Positions 1-9,708 of a stretch of 16,284 nt of DNA are shown here, in pieces (the first letter of the stretch is position 1; each line of letters opens with the position of its first letter). Source of the stretch: Zygophlyctis sp. KS116 (Eukaryota > Fungi > Chytridiomycota); assembly GCA_054661495.1 (NCBI GenBank), contig BAAFSQ010000225.1, forward strand, positions 1 through 16,284, read 5' to 3'. The position numbers were made by a program, and so were the translations under genes. The notes under the pieces were generated by a model. It was not told the origin of the DNA and did not search any database. It saw only the letters and a list, made by a program, of their open reading frames with translations.

Positions 1-3000
1 TTCCTAAATGATACGCAATTGCAACTTTTGACCTTTGCTTTTCTTTCATCCTTGACTTTGCAAGTAATCCTGCCTGAACAAACGCAATCGTGTCTACAGA
101 AAAACGATGGCGTTTTAAAAGTGCTAAAGTTATTTGGTTTGAAGTAATAATCATATTATCAGGCTTATCGATTTCAACCGCACAAATGATTGTGCTATTA
201 TGCGGGAAAATTATACAGCCACCTACAGGGATGAATGGCGAGCAACTTTCCACGGTGCGTTCTAGATCGTCAATAGGGTATCTCATTCCATTGAGAATTA
301 ATTCCCTAGAATAAGGACCGATAACAAAGAGAGCAAGGGAAAGTTCCTTGTCTCCTTCAAAATAGGCTTTCCAACCACTCCTTAGCTGACTTTCTTCTCC
401 GTCCGGGACTTTTGGGACAGGCCATAAAAACCCTCTATCTCCAGTTCTATAGTATCGAAACTGAGTGTCCAAATTTTTAATTGCGAATCCTTCCGAATAT
501 CCAGGACAATTCCATGTGGATGAGACCCAAATCTCCCCACACTCGCCTGGTCCACATATACACCATGTTTCCGGATTGACAATAGCAACAGAAGAGTCCT
601 GACAAGGTAATCCTAAATCCAAGAGCATTAATGCATCTTCTTTTGGCGTTATATTATTATAAATTTCAACGCCATAGCTTTCATGGACAATATTAACCAA
701 GTTACGCTTAAGAGCTTCAGTATTGACCCAAAGTGCAGCACGCCTTGAAGGACAGAAACTGCGAGTAGCTACCATTGGATGAACATTAGTAGAATAAAAT
801 ACACAAAGAGCTTCAGGGTCGAATCTACTAGCTGCCATCTTTTCAATAAATAATTTATCTAAGAGTTATAATTTACATTATAATACCAACTTCGGGCTTG
901 CTTCTACCGTCAGTGTAAACAATTAAATTTTCCAGATTATGCAGGGAGAAACTACGAAATTGAACATCTGTTAAAGTAGAAAGGGCATGTTCAAGCATTA
1001 GATATGTCGCAAATGCGTCCTTAACCGAATATCTGTAAATTGTATCAAACCAAATATGCGGACTTAAAAAGTAATCAAATGGAGAAAGCACTAGAGTAAA
1101 TGAACCACAATAAATCCCCAGCACAGTAGAGAATAGAAACCCAAGTCCGTTGAAGCTTCGGACACAGGCTAACAACGGACGAGAAGATGGCTGCTGTTCA
1201 GAATAAAAAGAATTGTCGCCCTGGACCGAACGAAGCATATTGTGCTGTGTAATTTGATCAATGCATTCTTTAATTATCTGAGAATGAGAAAGTGCATTAA
1301 TTGAAATTTGCATATCCGGAGAGTATGAGACCAGTATAATAGCTGGATTAGAACTTAAAGAAACCATGCTCATATTATGGTATAGCTGATCAGAAATGGC
1401 TATCTCCTTATTGACACGAGGAACTTTTGTTACTAGTAAAATCTCTGGAAATGCAACCTTCACCTCAGAATCGCTAGTGCATCCTGCTCGAATAGCCGCA
1501 CTTATAACTCTACCCCTAAGATCCTCATCTACAGGCGCATTCACCAGGAAGCTGGTGACTTGAAATTCCCCCATAATTGCAATTAAAGCGGGAATATCTT
1601 CTTTCAGGCGATTAACATCTGGCGGGCTACAATATCAAATGACAAAAATTACCTAATTGGGATTGGTATCAATCCACAATATAAGCATGCATGAATTGTT
1701 ATCATGAATTCCAGACTAAGCGTCATCATTATCACGACATGTGTTCCTACAGCAAATTTCTTTCTCAGAAAAGCTGCAATTGCATAAGCTTTCTGGGAAA
1801 ACTTTTTGTATGTTAAAACTTTAGATTCTCTTCCTCTGGAATCAAGAAGAACATAAGCCTTCTGATCAGGTATTCTATTCACTCTCCATTCTAGCAAATG
1901 GGAAATTGTTGGAAATCCATGCAGATCCTTACCAGTAGAATCATCCATAATATTGACGTTTCTGTATGAGCAAATAATTTGAGCAGGTCTCGGATCCCGT
2001 TTGAACATGAGATCATCATAAATTGTTCTGTGAAAGATTATAGATCCAATCACTTGAGGAATACAATTTAAGTATCCAATCTGAGTCCAAATATTACCTG
2101 ATATGAATGCTTTCTTGCAAACTTCAACGTTGCAAAGTAAATGCTCCGTTATCAATAAGCGCCTTTTAGCTGAAAAATATGATCTATCGTTTTTACTTAT
2201 AGATGTAGGAGGAACGGCACTATATATGACATCAGATGAAAATCCCCAGTAGGAAGTATGAAGCAAGGTTTCGACATTTTTCCCTGGCAGCAATCTCTGA
2301 AGCGACCCAGGAGCACATATCAAAATGCTGAAAATCTTCAAATTAAGATTTAAAAGGGCAAACTTTAAAATCTTCTGGAGCAGCGCCCCGTTATCATCAT
2401 TGCGCGAGACTTCAAGGAGCAAAATGGTGACATAATCGTCATGAACTCCTAAATTGAAAAATACACTAATATTCATTTAAAAAATATACCTGGCTTCAAT
2501 TCCATAAGATAGTTTATGAAAAATCTTTGAAAGATGGTTAGAGTAGAAATGCTGCCTTGGAACATGAACATCGGCAGCATTCATGTTAAGGGCTGCTTTC
2601 TGAACAATAACGTCATGCTTTTTGCTCACAACATATACGACAGGATCATTCCTGGGAGGATTAGAATTCTTATCCAAAATAAAACCCAGCAGACCAGTTC
2701 TAATGAATGAGCTTCTAACGGTATGCTTAAAAACTTTATCACTTCCGGGAATAATCTGAACATCAGCATCAACGCCAAGTGAATTCGATTCATCTTTACC
2801 GCTGATGTAAACAGGATTCACCTTCATGTACTTTTCAGTATGTATTGGAAGAGCCCAGAAGTACTCCGGCAGATTATCACTAGAGCAAACCAACAACTCT
2901 CCTATAGAATTAGGGGGTAAAATGATTGACGTTTCCGGATCAACGATTACAGCTAGGCCTAATATTTTATATACAGATTTCTACCTTCTCGTAGTACATT

Positions 3001-6000
3001 TCCAGAGTCGGTAATCCTCATTATACCAGTTGTATTATTCTCCATTGATGAAGAGCCTATATCCTGCGTAATTGATAAAACAGAAACCTTGGAATCCATA
3101 GCAGATTTTGTATCTATGAATACTGTATTTGGATTGGCATACCCTTTATTGCGAAGATTAGATTGAGGTACAGATATCGTAACACCGCCGAATTCTTGAA
3201 GAGATAAAATTGGAATAAACACAGATTGGCCAGCTAGACCGAAACCAGTCAATGCTTCCGTAAAATCTTCTGCGAAATCGGGATTTGGGGAAGTTGTTTC
3301 GATAAATAATGACTTAATACTTGAAAGATCAATGATTTCTTTCCTTCCAGGAACAAAATTGCCCACTGATCCCATCACCGTTAGTAAATCTACTGGCTGT
3401 GCTAAGCAGATTGAAGGTCTGAATCTACTGACAGCAAGCAACCACAAACCAGGAATCTGACATATATCATTGGGTACAGTGACGGCATGAAAACCAGAAT
3501 ATACTGCTAAGAAAACTCCAAACAATAAACCAAAGCCTTGTCTAAGCTCCATACATGTTAAAAGTATATCTTCAGCATCAATCGATTGGTGAGATTTTAG
3601 AATTCGGCATTGGTTCATGATAACTTTATGAGACATCGCTACACCCTTTAAATCACCAGAGCTGCTCTTCGTGTACTCTAAGTAAGCAATATCACGATGT
3701 AGCGACTCTAAATCTAACTCCAAATTGAGTTCTTCATTTTTTCTAAATGATTGGATTTCACTTATTTTAGCCCAATGTATTGATGGTTGATGAAAATCCT
3801 TTTTTGACAAAAATTTACCAATTGATTTATAAGAAGAATCTCCGACTATAGCAACTGATGACTTAGAGTGAGATAGCACAAAAATTATTTCCAAGAACTC
3901 ATCACTAGAATTGAATGAGTATGTAGAAACAGGAACAGCAATCACCCCACAATAAAAGCAGCCAAATAAAGCCCCCAAAAATTCCAAGTATTCATTTTGC
4001 CTAAATAGCAACCCAACAGACGAACCAGGCAGACAACCGAGAATTTCAGTTAGGTAAGTAGCATATCTTACTGCCTTAAGGTGAAGCGATTCATATGTAA
4101 AGTATTCAACGTGCTTCAGGCGACTATCAGCAACTGAAAAAGCAAAATTAGTCTTTGACTCATGGCTGGCTCTAAAATTTAGAATCGAGCTAATATTTTG
4201 AAATTCAGAATATGTTTTGCCACTAATATCTTCAGTTAAATCTTTCAGAACCGGCTCTGGCTTCAAAAGGGCACTTGAATATTCATATATTTCAACATGT
4301 GAATTGTCCCGACTTGAAAACGCACCAGGTCCCATTCCCTGCCTACTTAAAGAAGCATGAGCTGGTGAGGGTCTAAACTGTGGGCCTGGAACATTACTGT
4401 GCATTCTATTTGGTGGCCCTGGTACAGGAGGAAGATTTAAATTCTGAGGACGACCTGAGTACTGATACTGCGGATTTTGCCATTGTACAGGATGAACATT
4501 GGGGGGAGGCCTTGACTGATATTCTTGAGGGGGGTATCGAAACTGTGGTGTGAAGTTAGAAGGCGCCACCCCTTGAGACATATTCTGGAAATTATTAGGA
4601 TATCCTCTCGCAGGTGGGGGATAATTCAAAGGGGCGCGAAGACTTGGTGGTGGACGGACATTAGATGGCGAACGAGGACGCCTTCCATTTTCATACTGAT
4701 ATGCTGCTGGAGGATTCAAAGAAGCTGTGTTTTGATGTTTCAGAGGTGAAACTATTGGTTGACCAACCTTAATACCACTTGATTCCTTATCAAGACTCTG
4801 CTTTCTCACGTGGGCGATTGGCGCTGTTTGAACATTTTGTCCCATATCTTTACTAAACCCGTCTCCTGGTAGAGCTAATTGTCCATTTCTATTATTTCGC
4901 CACCCAGAGCCAGACGTAGAAGAATTAAAATTTTGGTCATCAACTACAGTCCCTAATACAATTTAGAAGTGAAACCTTTACCATTAGAACCTCTCCTCTG
5001 CGAATCTTCGGTAAGCTTTTTACCCGTTTTTGGTACAGCCTTTGATTGATTATCCTGTTCATCCCTTGATGAAGTATCTAATAAAGTTATTTAAGGAAAG
5101 TTTACCATTTGCCCCAAACGTTTTATTTGGGTTTTTAATCCTGGCTTCATGTTGCGAATTTTCTAATGACTCTAAAGCATGTTCAGTTGCTGGAGACTTA
5201 TTTTTATCAAAAGCTGTACTAGATCCTCCATTTGACGATGGTGAAATCCCTGCAAAATCTAATTCATTGGTTAAATATATATACCTTTTGCAGATATTGG
5301 TGAAAATAAATCATTATCAACTAACAAAGAGTCTTTAGATTCACCAAGATTAATCAAGGGCAAAGCTTTCTGTATACCCCGAACTTGATTATTTTCATCT
5401 AACTCAGGGGCTATCTTTGAATTCTCTTGTGGACTTTTTGAAGACTGACTCTGTTCATCGTATCCTTTCCCATCTTTAGGTGAATTCTGATCATTTTCTC
5501 CATCTGAAGTATAAAATTCATCAACTACTTTTTCATTTGGTAAAACCCCATTTTCAAATTCTAGTAATAAATCTTCTGCATTATTTGACGTTTGACCTAA
5601 AAAATCTCCTGATTTACCCACATCTTTTACAGGAGAATACTTTTCTTTATATTCTACTGGTTTATCAGGATACGATGCACGTAATACTGACTCTTCCAAA
5701 CTTTGTTCTTCAGAAGAAAACGGACTATCTGGCACATCCTCTTTATCTGAATTAAATCTACCCAGATAATTCGCAATATCTGAATTTGCATTAAAAAAAT
5801 CGCTATGCGGTCTTGCATTCAATGTTATTTCCTTTTCCTTATCAACCAGTAAATAATTTAAACTCTTCATTTTTTCAGCCGAAAACTCACGAGATTTCTT
5901 TTTTGAGACCGTCAAGTCAATCACAGAATCCGAATCATCCGAATGTATACTTGGATCTTGAATATAAGATTGCCTTGCAAAATAAGGATCTGTACTCTGT

Positions 6001-6318
6001 TGATCTCCATACAACGCTTCATGATATTCTGCTCCCATTGAATCAATAGAGTAAATTGAATTCATATTATTAGGAGCAACTGAATAGTAAGAAGGAACTC
6101 CAGTAAATTCCGGATCATCAGGAGAATCTAAATCCACATTGAATTGGGTCACCGCCTCCTCATCTTGACTCTATTAATCAATAAAACAAGACTACCTCAA
6201 ACAAATAACTAAATTTTTCCAACAACTTTTTTTTCTTTTTCTCGAATCCTTTGGCTGTTATATCCCCTTCATCCAATTCCTCTTGTAGAGACTTTAGAGC
6301 CTCTTGGTACTCATTCAT
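1..6318 (-). CDS. DIP2: Disco-interacting protein 2 (DIP2 / yeast Cmr2-like): N-terminal DMAP1-binding domain, long low-complexity linker, two tandem FAAL-like adenylate-forming domains; 3' end lies outside the window
   Basis: Hand-spliced exons 6318-6196, 6170-5285, 5258-5106, 5077-4982, 4952-2985, 2958-2490, 2465-1653, 1626-887, 858-<1 total 6106 nt (>2035 codons) with no internal stop. The N-terminus MNEYQEALKSLQEELDEGDITAKGFEKKKKKLL matches the DMAP1-binding motif (L..EL..GDIT.KGY.K.R..LL). FLD1 has AYLEYTKSSSGDLKGVAMSH and FIRTGLLGFI. FLD2 has HLLEWRV..PDQKAY.LLD.RGRE, HACLYCGLIPIP, AIVNPET..GECGEIWVS and YYRTGDRGFL. The last exon is absent from the ORF track because it has no stop inside the window. 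Confidence 0.9.
859..886 (-). other. DIP2 intron 8, 28 nt
   Basis: GTATTATAATGTAAATTATAACTCTTAG; removal joins KPEV-D-KLFIEK and opens the frame to the window edge. Confidence 0.85.
1627..1652 (-). other. DIP2 intron 7, 26 nt
   Basis: GTAATTTTTGTCATTTGATATTGTAG; removal gives IPIPI-S-PPDVNRLKEDIP, in frame with ORF 873..1574. Confidence 0.88.
2466..2489 (-). other. DIP2 intron 6, 24 nt
   Basis: GTATATTTTTTAAATGAATATTAG; length 3n, carries an in-frame TAA; joins GIEA-S-VFFNL. Confidence 0.85.
2959..2984 (-). other. DIP2 intron 5, 26 nt
   Basis: GTAGAAATCTGTATATAAAATATTAG; removal gives VLRE-G-LAVIVDPET..GELLV. Confidence 0.88.
4953..4981 (-). other. DIP2 intron 4, 29 nt (a 23-nt in-frame variant from the internal GT is also possible)
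   Basis: GTAAAGGTTTCACTTCTAAATTGTATTAG; restores the frame into ORF 2959..4845. Confidence 0.75.
5078..5105 (-). other. DIP2 intron 3, 28 nt
   Basis: GTAAACTTTCCTTAAATAACTTTATTAG; the unspliced frame hits TGA shortly after, the spliced frame stays open. Confidence 0.75.
5259..5284 (-). other. DIP2 intron 2, 26 nt
   Basis: GTATATATATTTAACCAATGAATTAG; removes the TAA that ends ORF 5271..6152. Confidence 0.8.
6171..6195 (-). other. DIP2 intron 1, 25 nt
   Basis: GTAGTCTTGTTTTATTGATTAATAG; joins the DMAP1-binding exon (..YLFE) to SQDEEAVTQF, in frame with ORF 5271..6152. Confidence 0.85.
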
Positions 6319-6334
6319 TTTTTTTGACTCGCGT

Positions 6335-7093
6335 TTAAGCGCGTCTTCGTGTAGTTTGGCGTGGCACTCTTTTAGGAGATCTAGAGACTCGTCGAGATTT
6401 ATAATTTGGAGATCTTGAACGACCATACCTAGGAGGAGATCTAGATCTAGAATATCTTTTAGGAGACCTAGAAAATCTACGTCTTGGAGGAGATCTTGAG
6501 CGTCCATATCTAGGAGGAGATCTAGAATATCTACGTTTATACCTGGGAGGAGATCTAGTATTTCTATGATTATCACGTACTGGTGATCTAGAATATTTTC
6601 TTAAACTACCTTTTCCAATTTCAGGTTCTAATTTATTTGGATCATCCCCTTCCTTTACTGAAATAGTAAATCCATCTATTGAACCACCGCAAAGTCCAGA
6701 AATAACTTCACTTAAATCCTTTTGAGAAATCATTTCTACATATCCATTCATAAATCTTCCTGATTCCTTATTTAATATTACTTGTTTAACTTTTCCAAAC
6801 ATTGAACAAATTTCCTTTAAATGGTCTGCAGATACATTACTAGTAATTGGATTAACAATAGCCCAGAATGGTTTTTTATTGGATTTAACAGAGGCAGAAG
6901 AGGAAGAATAAGATCTTGAAGAATAAGATCTAGAAGAGTAAGATCTTGAAGAATAGGATCTTGACCGTCTTCTTCGTCTAGAGTAAGGTGATCGTCCTCT
7001 TGAGCGACTTGAGCTTCTAGAGCTATAACTTGATCTTGATCTAGATCTGGATCTAGAAGAATAATCTGAAGATGAATAATCTCTTCTTGCCAT
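6335..7093 (-). CDS. RNPS1: RNPS1-like RNA-binding protein (Ser/Arg-rich N-terminus, single RRM, RS/RSPP C-terminus); EJC-associated ASAP/PSAP splicing factor
   Basis: 252 aa, no intron needed. The RRM ITSNVSADHLKEICSMFGKVKQV...GYVEM...LCGGSIDGFTISV parallels RNPS1 (LTRNVTKDHIMEIFSTYGKIK...YVEF...MDGGQIDGQEI). It is flanked by an S-rich region and RSPPR repeats. Start context is AAAAATG. Confidence 0.8.
   Translation of the reverse strand: MARRDYSSSDYSSRSRSRSRSSYSSRSSSRSRGRSPYSRRRRRSRSYSSRSYSSRSYSSRSYSSSSASVKSNKKPFWAIVNPITSNVSADHLKEICSMFGKVKQVILNKESGRFMNGYVEMISQKDLSEVISGLCGGSIDGFTISVKEGDDPNKLEPEIGKGSLRKYSRSPVRDNHRNTRSPPRYKRRYSRSPPRYGRSRSPPRRRFSRSPKRYSRSRSPPRYGRSRSPNYKSRRVSRSPKRVPRQTTRRRA
6903..6962 (-). 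repeat. 4 x 15-nt coding tandem repeat (RSYSS units) in RNPS1
   Basis: Plus strand gaagaataagatctt / gaagaataagatcta / gaagagtaagatctt / gaagaataggatctt. Confidence 0.85.
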
Positions 7094-7399
7094 TTTTAAC
7101 CTAGGTTTTCCTACGGTCGCTGTGTTTTTACTCTATTTATCCTAGATTTTTAGAGACTTTTAGGGATTATTAGTGATTATTAGAGATTGTATGTCTCATT
7201 TGAATAGTTTAGAGTCTTGTCAAGTCTTTTAGAATTTAGATTTTTCATGTCCAGACATCAAGTATTGCCGCGAATGTAGTCTGATCATGCATTATGAATG
7301 GTATTTGACAAAGGCATATACCGCCAGAATCAGCGTTTAAAGATTTAACAAGAAATCTATAAATCTCTAAACCAGAATCAATTTTTCAAAAGTGGAAAA
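7094..7399. promoter_or_regulatory. Divergent (bidirectional) promoter region RNPS1 / MOD5, 306 nt
   Basis: Head-to-head starts at 7093(-) and 7400(+); TATAAAT at 7358-7364. Function is inferred from position only. Confidence 0.6.
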
Positions 7400-8635
7400 A
7401 TGAAAAATATTATTGCAGTGATTGGTCCGACGGGCGTTGGAAAGTCAAACTTGGCAATACAAATAGCTATGGCATTAGATGGAGAAATCATTAATGCAGA
7501 CTCTATGCAGGTTTATAAAGGACTTGATATAATTACAAACAAGATTTCATTCACTGAAAGAAGAAAAGTGCCACATCATTTAATGGATGACATTGATCCA
7601 TTAAAGGAATTCACAGTTCAAGATTGGACTTTAAAAGCAACTGGAATAATTTCAGAAATTCATTCTAGGAATAAGATTCCAATTCTAGTCGGAGGAACTC
7701 ATTATTATTTACAATCAATTTTAACTTCACAATTGATTTCCTCAAAGGATGAAGCAAGTATTAGAAATTATGAAAATATTGATGAATCAATACTTATAAA
7801 TTTAAGAGAATTATTGGAAAAAACTAGAGACAATCCAAATCTACATGCACAAGAAATGTCTAAAATGTTGAAAATTGTAGATCCAATCATGGGGAATAGA
7901 TGGCATCCTAAAGATGGTCGTAAATTAAGAAGAAGTTTACAGATTTTTTATAATACTGGACAAAAACATTCTCAAATTATTAATAATCAAAAATCAAATT
8001 TCAATTATAGAACATGTATTGTTTGGCCAATTGTTGAAAAGGAAATATTAGATTCTAGATTAGATTCTAGAATAGATGAAATGATTAAAATTGGATTAGT
8101 AGATGAAATTTCAAGTTTTTATAGTCAAATTACTAACCCAATTGACTATACGCGTGGAATATTTCAAGCAATTGGGTTTAAAGAATTTAAGGAATATTTT
8201 AAAGATAAAAATCAAGATAATTTATCCAATGGAATAGAATCCATGAAGTTACATACAAGACAATATGCAAAAAGACAAATAACTTGGATAAAGAATAAGT
8301 TATTGGGAAAATTAAAAGGACCGTTAATGTCTGTGATTGCAAAAGATGTATCAGATTTAAGTGAATGGGAACAAAATAGTGCATTTGTGATTCAAATAGT
8401 CAAAGATTTTCTAAATGGAATAGATTTTGAAGAATTACCTCCAAATCTTAAAATCCATGATATTGACACAAATATTTTAGAATGGAAACAGTATGAATGT
8501 ATGGTTTGTAAAGATAGAAATACAAATTTACCTAGAATTTTCAATGGAATTCATGAATGGAACAGTCATCTGAAGTCTAGAATACATTGCAGAAATTTAA
8601 GATTTAATGAAAAAGAAACCAAGATCAAACGCTAG
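7400..8635 (+). CDS. MOD5: tRNA dimethylallyltransferase (isopentenyltransferase), eukaryotic Mod5/TRIT1 type
   Basis: P-loop GPTGVGKS, EIINADSMQVYKGLDIITNK, VPHHL, VGGTHYY, QAIGFKEF, TRQYAKRQITW. The C-terminal matrin-type zinc finger (CMVC...EWNSHLKSRIH) is typical of eukaryotic enzymes and absent from bacterial MiaA. 411 aa. Confidence 0.95.
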   Translation: MKNIIAVIGPTGVGKSNLAIQIAMALDGEIINADSMQVYKGLDIITNKISFTERRKVPHHLMDDIDPLKEFTVQDWTLKATGIISEIHSRNKIPILVGGTHYYLQSILTSQLISSKDEASIRNYENIDESILINLRELLEKTRDNPNLHAQEMSKMLKIVDPIMGNRWHPKDGRKLRRSLQIFYNTGQKHSQIINNQKSNFNYRTCIVWPIVEKEILDSRLDSRIDEMIKIGLVDEISSFYSQITNPIDYTRGIFQAIGFKEFKEYFKDKNQDNLSNGIESMKLHTRQYAKRQITWIKNKLLGKLKGPLMSVIAKDVSDLSEWEQNSAFVIQIVKDFLNGIDFEELPPNLKIHDIDTNILEWKQYECMVCKDRNTNLPRIFNGIHEWNSHLKSRIHCRNLRFNEKETKIKR

Positions 8636-8665
8636 TGTAGTAACAAGATCATGTAGCAGTGGTTC

Positions 8666-8704
8666 TTATTAGGAATATTATTAGAATTTTATTAGAATTT
8701 TATT
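8666..8704 (+). repeat. About 3.5 x 11-12-nt tandem repeat (TTATTAGAATT) in the 89-nt MOD5-RhoGAP spacer
   Basis: ttattaggaata ttattagaatt ttattagaatt ttatt read directly. Confidence 0.7.
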
Positions 8705-8724
8705 GAAAAAAGAAAAACCGACGG

Positions 8725-9708
8725 ATGAATTTAGATCAAGATCTGCTCTATGCATTGCATAAAATCATATCGGTCAAAGATCAGAATGTACTATTGAATC
8801 TGAGAGTTATGGATCTGTCTGAATTTGATCTAGCGCTGCTGTTGGAAAAGGGATTGTTGCAGATCACTGAAATTACTCAAAACTCTTACTGTTTGATCGT
8901 TTTGACTGCTGATGATCTAAACATCTCATTATATCAAATGGCTTCTCTATACTCAAAGTTACCGCATCAACTAAGGAAGAATATGAAAAAGTTGTATATT
9001 TTAGAGCCATCTTGGTCATTGAAAATGTATTTTAATCTCTTGACGTTTCTTGCGTCTCCTAAATTCTTTAAAAAGGTAAAATGGGTTGATGATGGATTTA
9101 TAGCTCCTTATTTTTTTACTTTTGGGGTAGATTTGGAAACAGTAATGACTAATCAGTTGATTTTACCAAGAGTTGTCAAGGACTCAATATATCTCATCTC
9201 TAATCATTTACAAACTGTCGGACTATTTAGAGTATCTCCATCAGTAAAAATATTGGGCCAAGTCAAGACTGCGTATAATAATGGTGATCCAGGAAATTTT
9301 GCATTGGATATAGTAAATGATGTTCATTTAGCTTGTTCATTATTGAAAATGTTTGTTAGAGAACTTCCAAAACCTATATTTGATGATGATCTATGCAAAG
9401 AATTAAAAGATTTGAAAAATACTTCTTCAGACTCGTTATCTCGACTTATCCAATCTAAAATTCTGCAAAAACTAGGAAAGGCTGAATTTATTCTTTTAAA
9501 GGAAATACTTGGACTTTTACATAAAGTTGAATTGAATTCAGTTTCAAATAAGATGAACTCAAAAAATCTAGTAGTAGTTTGGTCTCCAAATTTTATTAAT
9601 ACTCCTAATGATGACTATGATCATTTAAAACATAATTCTATTCTCCAAGGATTGTCTTTTATGTTAAAGTATTGTGTTGAAAATTACAAAAATGTGTTTA
9701 TAGACTAA
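8725..9708 (+). CDS. BCH/CRAL-TRIO (Sec14-like) + RhoGAP protein (ARHGAP1/ARHGAP8 or fungal Ecm25-like architecture)
   Basis: BCH-like LRKNMKKLYILEPSW...SPKFFKKVKWVD; RhoGAP start FGVDL..LPRVV, arginine finger GLFRVS, DVHLACSLLKMFVRELPKP, NKMNSKNLVVVWSPN; 327 aa. Confidence 0.88.
   Translation: MNLDQDLLYALHKIISVKDQNVLLNLRVMDLSEFDLALLLEKGLLQITEITQNSYCLIVLTADDLNISLYQMASLYSKLPHQLRKNMKKLYILEPSWSLKMYFNLLTFLASPKFFKKVKWVDDGFIAPYFFTFGVDLETVMTNQLILPRVVKDSIYLISNHLQTVGLFRVSPSVKILGQVKTAYNNGDPGNFALDIVNDVHLACSLLKMFVRELPKPIFDDDLCKELKDLKNTSSDSLSRLIQSKILQKLGKAEFILLKEILGLLHKVELNSVSNKMNSKNLVVVWSPNFINTPNDDYDHLKHNSILQGLSFMLKYCVENYKNVFID

Noticed and set aside
1-4300. Tandem adenylation-like domains as an NRPS/FAAL secondary-metabolite cluster
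   Set aside because: No carrier-protein, condensation or ketosynthase motifs. The DMAP1-binding domain plus two FAAL-like domains is the standard DIP2/Cmr2 architecture, and the neighbours are housekeeping genes.
90-6049. Short ORFs 90..314, 382..588, 2826..3014, 4525..4749, 5030..5338, 5480..5755, 5813..6049
   Set aside because: All are antisense or out-of-frame shadows within DIP2 exons, with no recognisable motifs; most use non-ATG starts.
6370-7070. Dense AGATCT/TCTAGA palindromic repeats resembling a repeat array or CRISPR
   Set aside because: Explained by Arg-Ser (AGA-TCT) codon repeats of the RNPS1 RS domains; no constant repeat/unique spacer structure and no cas genes.
7346-7399. 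Upstream in-frame start giving a mitochondrial MOD5 isoform, as in yeast
   Set aside because: There is an in-frame TAA at 7346-7348 and no ATG between it and 7400.
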